A DNA stretch of 64,000 nucleotides, taken from Alphaproteobacteria bacterium. Lineage in GTDB: Bacteria > Pseudomonadota > Alphaproteobacteria > UBA8366 > Aestuariispiraceae. The notes under the pieces were generated by a model. It was not told the DNA's origin, ran no database searches, and was given only the letters and a program-made list of their open reading frames with translations. Position numbers and translations under genes: made by a program. Below, piece by piece: positions 36,074-44,840 of this stretch; positions within the stretch are counted from its first letter, which is position 1; every line of letters starts with the position of its first letter. The DNA is taken from the NCBI GenBank assembly GCA_965223125.1, contig OZ244984.1, positions 1,586,353 to 1,650,352 on the forward strand. Direction: 5' to 3'.

Positions 36074-37999
36074 ATGACTCGCGATATTCGTAAGAAGGCA
36101 CCAGCCCGCAAGACATCGACACGCAAAGCGCTGGCGAAAAAGGCGAGCGGCGGACGGGGAGGGGTGACACCGCCCCCCTTGCGCCGCCGCAAAGCCGCGT
36201 CGCGAACACGGCGCTGGCCGCGCATTCTGCGCGGTATGGTCGCCACCCTGCTCTGGGGACTGATCCTGACGACCGGGGTAATCGGCTGGTTCGCCTGGGA
36301 TATGCCGGACCCGGAGGCTGTTCTGGCACGGGATGTGCGCCAACCGGCGATCACACTGGTCGCACGGGATGGAACGCCCTTGCTGAAGGTCGGGGATCTG
36401 TATGGCACTCGCGTTTCACTGCGGGGCCTGCCGCCCTATCTGCCCCAGGCACTGTTGGCGACCGAGGATCGGCGCTTCTATGACCATCCCGGTGTCGATC
36501 CAGTTGGCGTGATCCGCGCGCTGGTTGTCAATCTGCGGGCAGGCGGCGTGCGGGAAGGGGGCAGCACCCTGACCCAGCAGCTTGCCAAGAATCTTTTCCT
36601 GTCGCCGGATCGCACGATCCGGCGCAAGGTGCAGGAAGCACTGCTCGCTTTCTGGCTGGAGGCGCGCTATGGTAAGGATCGGATTCTGGAAATCTACCTG
36701 AACCGGGTCTATTTGGGGGCCGGGGCTTATGGGGTGGATGCGGCGGCGCGACGCTATTTCGGCAGACCCGCCTCGGAATTGAATCTCTGGCAGGCTGCCG
36801 TACTGGCCGGGCTGCCCAAAGCCCCGTCAGCCCTGAATCCATTCCGGTCACCACAACGCGCTGCCACCCGCGCGCGGGAAGTCCTGGACAATATGGTCAC
36901 CGCCGGTGTTCTGACACCTGAAGCGGCGGCGTCGGCCAAGCGCCCAACAGTCGAGACGATCCCCGTTGATGCAGCGGGCGGGCAGACCCGCTGGCTTGCA
37001 GAATGGGCGTTTGATCGTGCTGCCGATATTCTGGGCGGTGTTGATCGCGACATTCTGGTCGAAACAACACTGGAACCGGCACTGCAACGCGCCGCCGAAG
37101 CAGCAGCAGCGGCCGTCGGACCGGCGGCCCGCGAACAGGGGGCAGAGGAGCTTGCCGTGGTCGCGATGCGCCCGGACGGGGCGGTGGCGGCCCTGCTGGG
37201 CGGATCCGACCGCCGCGCAACCGCCTTCAACCGCGCTGTCCACGGCAAACGTCAGCCTGGATCAGTGTTCAAGCTCTTCGTCTATCTCGCCGCCTTTGAG
37301 GGCGGCCTGACGCCGGACAGCCTGATCGACGACCGCCTGGCCCCGATTCAGGGCTGGAGCCCGCGCAATTCTGATGCGGGATATCGCGGCATTGTCACGT
37401 TGCGGGAAGGGGTGGCACGTTCGATCAACACTGTTGCCGTTGCGGCGATGGAGACCGTCGGACGCCACAAGGTCATCGACATGGCACGACGGCTCGGCAT
37501 CACCACGCCGCTTTCCGCTGATCCCGCCCTCGCCTTGGGCGTTCATGAAGTGACAGTGATGGAAATCGCGGGGGCCTATGCGACACTGGCGGGCGGAGGC
37601 TATGCCGCCACGCCCCATGTCATTCACCGCATCCGGGATTCCGCCGACGGATCGGTGATCTACCAACGCGACACTCTGCGCGGACCCCGCGTGCTGTCCC
37701 CCGAGACCGTGGCCATGGCAAACGATGTCTTCGGGGCCTCCATGGTCTGGGGCACCAGCAAGGCCGCCGCGCTGTCCGGCCGCAATGCTGCGGGCAAGAC
37801 CGGAACGACACAGGATTACCGCGATGCCTGGTTTGCAGGCTATGTCCCCGGCCTCGCAACCGTTGTCTGGATGGGCAATGACAATGGCGGCGCGACGAAA
37901 GGCGTCTATGGTGGCCTTTATCCCGCACAACTCTGGAAGCAGTTCATGGAAGCGGTGCCCCCGGCACTCTCCGCCCTGCCCAATTCGGCAGGCGGTTAG
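36074..37999 (+). CDS. Class A penicillin-binding protein (glycosyltransferase GT51 + transpeptidase)
   Basis: 641 aa with a basic cytoplasmic tail, one TM, EDRRFYDHPGVD..GGSTLTQQLAKN..RKVQEA (GT51), then SVFKLFVY (SxxK), SINT (SxN) and KTGTT (KTG). Confidence 0.9.
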   Translation: MTRDIRKKAPARKTSTRKALAKKASGGRGGVTPPPLRRRKAASRTRRWPRILRGMVATLLWGLILTTGVIGWFAWDMPDPEAVLARDVRQPAITLVARDGTPLLKVGDLYGTRVSLRGLPPYLPQALLATEDRRFYDHPGVDPVGVIRALVVNLRAGGVREGGSTLTQQLAKNLFLSPDRTIRRKVQEALLAFWLEARYGKDRILEIYLNRVYLGAGAYGVDAAARRYFGRPASELNLWQAAVLAGLPKAPSALNPFRSPQRAATRAREVLDNMVTAGVLTPEAAASAKRPTVETIPVDAAGGQTRWLAEWAFDRAADILGGVDRDILVETTLEPALQRAAEAAAAAVGPAAREQGAEELAVVAMRPDGAVAALLGGSDRRATAFNRAVHGKRQPGSVFKLFVYLAAFEGGLTPDSLIDDRLAPIQGWSPRNSDAGYRGIVTLREGVARSINTVAVAAMETVGRHKVIDMARRLGITTPLSADPALALGVHEVTVMEIAGAYATLAGGGYAATPHVIHRIRDSADGSVIYQRDTLRGPRVLSPETVAMANDVFGASMVWGTSKAAALSGRNAAGKTGTTQDYRDAWFAGYVPGLATVVWMGNDNGGATKGVYGGLYPAQLWKQFMEAVPPALSALPNSAGG

Positions 38000-38011
38000 G
38001 CAGGGGGTGGG

Positions 38012-38707
38012 TTAAGCGGCCCGCAGCAACCGCGCCTTTGGCACCGGAACAATCCGCCGACCGGTGGCGAGATGGACGGTAAACCCTTTCGGAAACAGAG
38101 TGCTGATTGCCGGGTCCCAGACACTGAGCCCGCCGGTATAGCTGCCATAGGCAGGCAAGATCAGCCGATTGCCATCCTCAACGAAACACCGCGCCTGCAA
38201 TCGTCGCGCACGGGTCTGGACCGAGGCTTTCGGATGGAAATGCCCGGATATCTCACCGTTTCGGGGTCCGGCCTCCGCCTCATGACGGAATACCAGCGGC
38301 CCGTCGACCAGTTCCGCCAGCACCCTGCCGCCCAAATCCGGTGGCGGGGCCGGATCATGATTGCCTGCAATCCATATCCAGTCCACCGCGCCAACCATCG
38401 CGATCAGCCGCTCCCGATCCTCTTCAGGCAATCGATCCGACGCAGCCCCGTCATGGAAACTGTCCCCCAGGCAGATCACCCGACCGGGGCGATGCCGCAC
38501 CAGGGCCGCGGACAGGGCGGCCAGCGTGGCGCGACTGTCATAGGGCGGCAGCATCTGCCCCTGGCGGGCGAAGGCGGACCCCTTTTCCAGATGCAGATCG
38601 GCAATCACCAGGGTTTTCCGCTCCGGCCAGAGCAATGCACCATCGGCAAGTGCCAACAGAGCGGCACCGTTCAAAAGCAAGGGACTGGATTCGGTGGGGT
38701 TTTCCAT
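38012..38707 (-). CDS. pdeM: Ligase-associated DNA damage response metallophosphoesterase PdeM
   Basis: 231 aa with LVIADLHLEKGSAFARQGQMLPPYDSRATL, VICLGDSFHD and IAGNHDP. Confidence 0.85.
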   Translation of the reverse strand: MENPTESSPLLLNGAALLALADGALLWPERKTLVIADLHLEKGSAFARQGQMLPPYDSRATLAALSAALVRHRPGRVICLGDSFHDGAASDRLPEEDRERLIAMVGAVDWIWIAGNHDPAPPPDLGGRVLAELVDGPLVFRHEAEAGPRNGEISGHFHPKASVQTRARRLQARCFVEDGNRLILPAYGSYTGGLSVWDPAISTLFPKGFTVHLATGRRIVPVPKARLLRAA

Positions 38708-38944
38708 TACACCATTCTATGACGGATGCACGGACGTTGACGATGAATTTGCGTAAATGGCCATCGAAAAATACTGAACCATACCTTTTAATGCATATGC
38801 ATTAATCGTGTTGTTTCCCAATAGGAGAGCGTGTTTCCAGAAAAAGGCTTATCGCAAAGGATGCGGAAGCGTTTCCGCATGCTGATAATATTGCCATTCT
38901 CAAACTGTTTCTCCCTACTCTACAGGAGACGTAGAATAGGAACC

Positions 38945-38976
38945 CGTCGTACCCGCGCAGGCGGGTACCCAGAGCG
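38945..38976 (+). repeat. REP-like palindromic element, type A (CGTCGTACCCGCGCAGGCGGGTACCCAGAGCG)
   Basis: Aligns by hand at about 26 of 32 positions to the reverse complement of 43591-43622. Confidence 0.7.
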
Positions 38977-38998
38977 GCAGGCCCGAATCCTGCCAGTT

Positions 38999-39041
38999 GC
39001 TCAGGACCCCGGACAGCCGCTTTGCGTCTTCCGGGGCGACG
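38999..39041 (-). repeat. REP-like palindromic element, type B (CGTCGCCCCGGAAGACGCAAAGCGGCTGTCCGGGGTCCTGAGC on the minus strand)
   Basis: The reverse complement aligns closely to 43653-43696. Shares the CGTC...GGTCCAGAGC ends with type A. Confidence 0.7.
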
Positions 39042-39149
39042 AAACCCTATGGGTATTCAGTTAGTATGGAAGAAACCGGTCAAAACTGACCCACTCCCCT
39101 CCGCGTCCTTTGCGCCCCCTCCGAAAGCTCTGCGATAAGCCCCCGCAAA

Positions 39150-41603
39150 TCACAATGGCAGCCCGCCCTGCGGGTTGGCGCGCATGGCATCGTCGATCAA
39201 CTCACTGGCCAGATCATCGAGAAGCTGATCCTCGGCAGATCCGAAAACGGCTTCCTTGCCGATCTCCAGCAGGATCGGCACGGCGAGGGGGGAGACGCGG
39301 TCCAGCCGACGGTGGCGGATGCCGGATTTGGCCCGGGACAGGAATTCCGCCAGCCGTCCGACATCGATCAACCCACTGCGGGCATCGGCGCGAGTCGCCT
39401 GCAACAATATGTGATCGGGTTCATAGCGCCGCAGCACGTCATAGATCAGGTCGGAATTGAAGGTCACCTGCCGCCCGGTCTTTTCCTGACCCGGGATGCG
39501 CCGCTCGATCAGCCCCGCAATCACCGCGACATTGCGAAAGGTGCGGCGCATCAGGCTGCTGTCCTCCATCCAGGCCTCCAGATCGTCGCCAAGCATATCC
39601 TCATCGAACAGGGCCGCCATATTCGATGCCGGATGCAGGCTCCAGACCGCGATCACATAGTCACTGGCAACGAAGCCCAGCGGGGCCAGGCCCATCCGCT
39701 CCATCCGCCGGGTCAACAGCATGCCCAGCGTCTGGTGCGCATTGCGCCCGGCAAAGCTGTAGGCGACAAGGTATTCCTTTCCCGCCCTGGGAAAGGTCTC
39801 GATCAACAGCCCATCCCGGCCTGGCAGCAGGGAGCGCCATTGCTGCAGGCGGAGCCATTCCTGCACCTGATCGGGCAGGGTTCCCCAGGACGTTGGGTCC
39901 GACAGGGTTTCCCGCACCCGCTCCGACAGATGCGTCGTAAAGGGAAGCCGCCCGCCGAGATAGGAAGGAACCTTCGGATCGCCGCCGCCCTTGGCCGGAG
40001 AAACCTCGACGGCTGTCTGCCGGATCCCCTCAAAGCGCAGTAACCGCCCGGCGAAGACAAAGGTATCACCCGGCTCCAGCAGGGATGCGAAATATTCCTC
40101 GATCTCGCCCAAACTGCCGCCCCGACCACCTCTCAGGCGGACCTTCAGGGTTACCGCCTCGACGATGGTGCCAATATTCATCCGGTGCCGCTGGGCAAGC
40201 CTCGGATTGGCGACCTCACAGGTTCCCGCTGCCGTCCGGAACAGGCGCTTCCAGCGCTCGTAACTCTGCAACGCATAGCCGCCATCCTCAACAAAGCGCA
40301 GGGCGGCCTCGAAGGATTCTCGGGACAGAGTGCGATACGGTGCAGCGCAGGTAATTTCGCGATATACTTCCTCTGGTCGGAACGGCGCGGCGCAGGCAAG
40401 ACTCATCAGGTGCTGGCAGAGCACGTCCAGCCCGCCATCGCGCGGCGGGTCACCATCCAGCGTGCCCTGATCGACACCATCAATAACACAGCGGCATTCC
40501 AGCACCTCAAACCGATTGCAGGGGACCAGCAAGGCCCGGCTGGGCACATCCAGTCGATGCCCGGCGCGGCCAATCCGCTGAATCATGCGCGACACGCCCT
40601 TGGGCGGCCCGACCTGAACCACAAGATCCACCGCCGCCCAGTCGATGCCGAGATCCAGCGAAGAGGTGGCAACCACGGCGCGCAGGCTGCCCGCCGCCAT
40701 CACCGCCTCCACCTTTCGGCGCTGCTCCCGATCCAACGAGCCGTGATGCAGCGCAATCGGCAGCGCATCCTCATTGGCGATCCAGAGTGCCTGAAAGATC
40801 AGTTCCGCCTGAGCGCGGGTATTGACGAAAATGATCGCGGTGCCGGTCTTTCGGATCTCCTGATAGATTTCCGGGATCGCGTGCAGGCCGTAATGGCCGG
40901 ACCAGGGCAGGCGCTCCTGCGTATCCAGAATGCGGATATCAGCACGCTTCGCGCCAATCCCGTTGATCTGAGTCACCGACGCCGGGTCGGCATCGGGCGC
41001 AATGAAGGCCTTCAATGCCTCCGGCCAGGCCACTGTCGCGGACAGGCCGATGCGGCGCAAACCAGGATGGATCGCAGAGAGCCGCGCCAGACAAAGCGCC
41101 AGCTGATCGCCGCGCTTGGTCCCGACCATGGCATGGACCTCATCCAGGATCACCCGCTTCAAACTCCGGAACAGGGTGAAGCTGTCGGGCAAGGAGATCA
41201 GCAGAGCGAGGGATTCCGGCGTCGTCAGCAGGATATGAGGCGGCGCATCCTTCTGGCGTTTGCGGTGGTTGGCAGGCGTGTCGCCGGTGCGGGTCTCGAT
41301 CCGGATGTCCAGACCCATTTCCGCGACTGGGGTCGTCAGATTGCGCTGGATATCCACCGCCAGTGCCTTCAGCGGTGAAATATAAAGCGTATGCAGCCCC
41401 TCCTGGGTCTCTTCCGCAAGATCGATCAGACTGGGCAGAAAGCCCGCCAGCGTCTTACCTCCGCCGGTCGGCGCGATCAGCAGACTGTGTTCGCCGCGCC
41501 GGTCGGCGGCCAGCATCTCCACCTGATGCGGATGAATGGACCAGCCCCGATTGTCGAACCAGGTGGTGAATCTAGCCGGTAGAGAGGTCGAGGATATGCT
41601 CAT
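39150..41603 (-). CDS. Lhr-like DEXH-box helicase (ligase-associated DNA damage response helicase type)
   Basis: ATG at 41603 (MSISSTSLPARFTTWFDNRGW). Motif I APTGGGKTLAG, motif II ILDEVH, SATV, and a large C-terminal Lhr-type extension. Lies upstream of pdeM. Confidence 0.9.
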   Translation of the reverse strand: MSISSTSLPARFTTWFDNRGWSIHPHQVEMLAADRRGEHSLLIAPTGGGKTLAGFLPSLIDLAEETQEGLHTLYISPLKALAVDIQRNLTTPVAEMGLDIRIETRTGDTPANHRKRQKDAPPHILLTTPESLALLISLPDSFTLFRSLKRVILDEVHAMVGTKRGDQLALCLARLSAIHPGLRRIGLSATVAWPEALKAFIAPDADPASVTQINGIGAKRADIRILDTQERLPWSGHYGLHAIPEIYQEIRKTGTAIIFVNTRAQAELIFQALWIANEDALPIALHHGSLDREQRRKVEAVMAAGSLRAVVATSSLDLGIDWAAVDLVVQVGPPKGVSRMIQRIGRAGHRLDVPSRALLVPCNRFEVLECRCVIDGVDQGTLDGDPPRDGGLDVLCQHLMSLACAAPFRPEEVYREITCAAPYRTLSRESFEAALRFVEDGGYALQSYERWKRLFRTAAGTCEVANPRLAQRHRMNIGTIVEAVTLKVRLRGGRGGSLGEIEEYFASLLEPGDTFVFAGRLLRFEGIRQTAVEVSPAKGGGDPKVPSYLGGRLPFTTHLSERVRETLSDPTSWGTLPDQVQEWLRLQQWRSLLPGRDGLLIETFPRAGKEYLVAYSFAGRNAHQTLGMLLTRRMERMGLAPLGFVASDYVIAVWSLHPASNMAALFDEDMLGDDLEAWMEDSSLMRRTFRNVAVIAGLIERRIPGQEKTGRQVTFNSDLIYDVLRRYEPDHILLQATRADARSGLIDVGRLAEFLSRAKSGIRHRRLDRVSPLAVPILLEIGKEAVFGSAEDQLLDDLASELIDDAMRANPQGGLPL

Positions 41604-41836
41604 GACAGGATGGAATATAGCGCGCCGGATGATCAGGACGAACGGGCAATTGTGGTTCAGGCACTGGATGAACCACATGATATGGTGGTTTAACCGCTTG
41701 CAATGACAGATTAGCAACAGGTCTTAACTGCTTTTGCAAAAACCTAAATTCGACATGGTGACAAGCGCGAACGAATCGCTGTACCCCTCTTTTTACAGCT
41801 CGGGCCTTCTGGCGAACCGGTTCGGGTGGAGGAATC

Positions 41837-42103
41837 ATGATAAGCAATATGGAAGTGTCCGGGGAAACCCGGGTGGATTTTGCCGAAGAGCAGAAACGCA
41901 AGGTGATGAGCCTGTTCCTTGATGCGTGGGATGAAGCCTGCGCACAGGGGATCCCGAGCGATCTGCTCTCCGAGGTCTGTCTGTATCTGGCACTGACGGA
42001 TCTTGTGGAGGATCATGGGGAGGACGATGTTGCGGACATCATCGAAACGCTGCCCTATCGCATCCGCAAGGGCGAATTCACCCTGGGCGAACTGACCCAC
42101 TGA
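41837..42103 (+). CDS. Hypothetical small acidic protein, 88 aa
   Basis: Strong SD (GGTGGAGGAATC-ATG) and host-like codon usage. No family recognised. Confidence 0.55.
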   Translation: MISNMEVSGETRVDFAEEQKRKVMSLFLDAWDEACAQGIPSDLLSEVCLYLALTDLVEDHGEDDVADIIETLPYRIRKGEFTLGELTH

Positions 42104-42206
42104 AAAAGAACCGACGCGGTTTTGGGGATCGGGGCATAAGACGGTTCTCCTCCACTACTGGGGGAGGATAAGGCCATGCAACGGATCGGAATCTGCGCCT
42201 GCCACT

Positions 42207-43313
42207 CTATAGGGTCTGAACGACCCGCTCAAACCGCTCGGCGAAGACGGCGCGGTCCTGTGCCGTGCCGACTGTAACACGGATGCAGCGATCCAGAGGG
42301 GCAACTCCCGGCATACGGACGAAGACACCCGCTCCGTCCAGCACCTTCAGAGCCGCCCGCGCCCGGTCACCATCGCCGCCCATGTCGATGGCAACGAAAT
42401 TGGTGGCGGAGGGTAGCGCCGTCAGTCCCAGCTTGTCGGCCAATTGCGCATACTCAACCCGCCCGCGCGCGACCTCCGCCACGACATCCCGCACAAAATC
42501 CGGATCCTGAAGTGAGGCGAGGGCGGCCCTCTGGGCCAGACGGTTCACCTCGAAGTGATTACGGACCTTGTTCAGACCGGTAATCAGGTCACGGTGGGCA
42601 ATGGTGTAGCCGATCCGCAGCCCGGCCATCCCATGAGCCTTGGAGAAAGTCCGCATCCGCAGCACCCTGGGATCGGCGGGGTTGATCGGCGGGGCGGTGC
42701 CGTCGGGTGCAAATTCGATATAGGCCTCGTCCAGGACCAGCACCGCACCATCGGGAATACCTTCAATCAGGCGCTGGACGGTTTCGGCCCCATACCAGCT
42801 CCCCATCGGATTGTCGGGATTGGCGAAATAGCCAAGCGGCGCGCGGGTCTCAATCATCTTTGCCAGGATGGCATCGGGATCCTCCGCATCGCCGCAATAG
42901 GGAACTGCCTGCAAGGAGGCTCCAAAACCGGCAACGTGATAATTGAAGGTTGGATACGCCCCACGGGAACTCACCACCGCGTCCCCCGGACCGGCCAGCA
43001 TCCGCACCGCATTCCCTAGAAGCGCATCAATCCCGGCCCCGACCAGAATTTCATCCGGCGCAACACCGTGATGGTCGGCCAGGGCCGCGCGCAGTTCCCA
43101 GCTTTGTGCATCGCCATACCAGGCACTGCGCGGAGCCTCCTCCACTAGGGCCGCCAGAGCCTTGGGCGACATGCCGAACGCGCTTTCATTGGCCCCGATC
43201 CGGGCATCGAAAGACTTTCCACGATTACGCTCCAGCGTTTCCGGCCCAACGAAAGGCACGGCCGCCGGCAGACTCGCAACAAGATTGGTAAATCGGATGG
43301 ACGGCCGGGTCAT
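42207..43313 (-). CDS. PLP-dependent aminotransferase, HisC (histidinol-phosphate aminotransferase) family
   Basis: GANESAFGMSP, ANPDNPMG, VLDEAYIEF and TFSKAHGMAGLRIGY (PLP Lys). Start at 43313 or 43340. Confidence 0.85.
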   Translation of the reverse strand: MTRPSIRFTNLVASLPAAVPFVGPETLERNRGKSFDARIGANESAFGMSPKALAALVEEAPRSAWYGDAQSWELRAALADHHGVAPDEILVGAGIDALLGNAVRMLAGPGDAVVSSRGAYPTFNYHVAGFGASLQAVPYCGDAEDPDAILAKMIETRAPLGYFANPDNPMGSWYGAETVQRLIEGIPDGAVLVLDEAYIEFAPDGTAPPINPADPRVLRMRTFSKAHGMAGLRIGYTIAHRDLITGLNKVRNHFEVNRLAQRAALASLQDPDFVRDVVAEVARGRVEYAQLADKLGLTALPSATNFVAIDMGGDGDRARAALKVLDGAGVFVRMPGVAPLDRCIRVTVGTAQDRAVFAERFERVVQTL

Positions 43314-43590
43314 CGAATCATTTCCTCCCATACTGGACACCGATTTCTGTCAGAAATGAACCAGAAAGGGAAGAGACGGATACTGCCGTCAACATATGTA
43401 GCTATAGCCATCGCACGACACCCTATATCTAGGGGTAAAATTCGGTTCAGCACCCATTTTTACAATCCACCTATTGAAACTACGCATGATCCATAATAAT
43501 TCGGGATTTAAAAGTGGGAAATCCCTCCCTTCCGGGTAACACATTGTGAATGTCCAGGGAGCCGGAGCCACACCACGCAGTCTGGCTTAA

Positions 43591-43622
43591 CGCTCTGGAT
43601 TCCAGCCTCCGCGGGAATGACG
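43591..43622 (-). repeat. REP-like palindromic element, type A (second copy)
   Basis: The minus strand reads CGTCATTCCCGCGGAGGCTGGAATCCAGAGCG. Confidence 0.7.
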
Positions 43623-43652
43623 AATCTAGATGGGTTTAATACTCTAAATCTC

Positions 43653-43696
43653 CGTCACCCCGGAAGGCACGAAGTGCCTGTCCGGGGTCCAGAGCG
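43653..43696 (+). repeat. REP-like palindromic element, type B (second copy)
   Basis: CGTCACCCCGGAAGGCACGAAGTGCCTGTCCGGGGTCCAGAGCG, directly 3' of the qor stop. Confidence 0.7.
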
Positions 43697-43729
43697 ATTG
43701 GCATGAAGCCGACGACCAGGAAGGCAGGA

Positions 43730-44701
43730 TCACACGACAAGAATTGTCGATCCGGTGGTCTTGCGGACTTCCAGGTCACGATGCGCCTGAACCGCATCGG
43801 CCAGAGCGTAGCGCTGATTGATCTCGATCTTCAACCCCTTGGCATGGGCCTCGAACAGAGCGGAGGCAGAAGCGACGAGATCCTCCCGGCTGGCGGTATA
43901 GGTCATCAGCGTCGGGCGGGTCATGTAGAGCGAGCCCTTGGCGGCCAGCACCCCGACATTGAAATTCTCAATCGGTCCAGAAGCGGCACCGAAAGACACG
44001 AAGAGGCCGCGCGGGCGCAGCGAGTCCAGCGATCCGTCCAACGTCGATTTGCCAACACTGTCATAGACGACCGGCACCCCGGCACCATCGGTGATTTCCC
44101 GCACGCGCTTGGCGACATCCTCACGATTGTAGAGAATGACATGGTCACAGCCATGGGCCTTGGCCAATTCGCCCTTTTCTTCGGATCCGACCGTGCCGAT
44201 TACTGTTGCACCGATCTGCTTCAGCCATTGGCAGGCGATCAGACCGACACCCCCGGCGGCGGCCTGGAACAGGACCGTATCGCCCTTTTGCACAGCATAG
44301 GTGCGGCGGATCAGATATTCGACGGTCATACCCTGCAGCATCATCGCCGCCGCCGTCTCGTTCGGAATGCCGTCTGGCAGTTTCACCAGCCGGTGCCAGG
44401 GAATCAGCCGCTCGCTGGCATAGGCCCCGATCGGCGGCGCGGCATAGGCCACGCGATCCCCGACGGCAAAGGCATCCACACCCTCGCCCAACGCGGTCAC
44501 GGTTCCCGCCGCTTCCAGGCCGATGGTGAAGGGGGAGGGCATCGGATAGGCACCGGTGCGATGATAGACGTCGATATAGTTGAGACCGACAAAATCCTGC
44601 TTCAGGCGAACCTCGCCCGGGCCGGGATCACCGATGGTCACATCTTCATAGACCATGGCATCCGGGCCACCGGGATTATGAACGCGCACTGCTTTCGCCA
44701 T
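43730..44701 (-). CDS. qor: NADPH:quinone oxidoreductase (zeta-crystallin type MDR)
   Basis: 323 aa with VRLKQDFVGLNYIDVYHRTGAYP and FQAAAGGVGLIACQW. Confidence 0.9.
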   Translation of the reverse strand: MAKAVRVHNPGGPDAMVYEDVTIGDPGPGEVRLKQDFVGLNYIDVYHRTGAYPMPSPFTIGLEAAGTVTALGEGVDAFAVGDRVAYAAPPIGAYASERLIPWHRLVKLPDGIPNETAAAMMLQGMTVEYLIRRTYAVQKGDTVLFQAAAGGVGLIACQWLKQIGATVIGTVGSEEKGELAKAHGCDHVILYNREDVAKRVREITDGAGVPVVYDSVGKSTLDGSLDSLRPRGLFVSFGAASGPIENFNVGVLAAKGSLYMTRPTLMTYTASREDLVASASALFEAHAKGLKIEINQRYALADAVQAHRDLEVRKTTGSTILVV

Positions 44702-44840
44702 TGAGACTTACTCCCCTGAAAAGATGAAACCAGAAAAAGATGGAACGATTTCGGAAAAGGTAGCGCGCGACCAGCCCCGCGCCAACTCCCAATCCGGGCA
44801 AGAGTGACCGGCGACAGGATCACAGATTCCGCCACACGGA

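Noticed and set aside
38708-38940. AT-rich 230-bp segment with the TTAATGCATATGCATTAA palindrome, considered as a replication origin or mobile-element end
   Set aside because: There are no DnaA boxes, the TTAA spacing is N10 rather than the CtrA N7, and there are no flanking direct repeats or integrase or transposase genes. Retained only as part of the spacer finding.
38831-39064. 77-aa + strand ORF in the PdeM-helicase spacer
   Set aside because: It begins at a GTG, reads through both REP-like palindromes (giving an Arg-rich RRRRIGTRRTRAGG string) and has no SD. It is a translation artefact of the repeats.
41604-41836. Search for an alphaproteobacterial LexA box (GAAC-N7-GAAC) upstream of the Lhr-type helicase
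   Set aside because: Only GAAC-N11-GTTC (about 41640-41658), GAACCGGTTC (about 41814-41823) and GAACGAATCGCTGTAC (about 41769-41784) are present. None fits the direct-repeat consensus.
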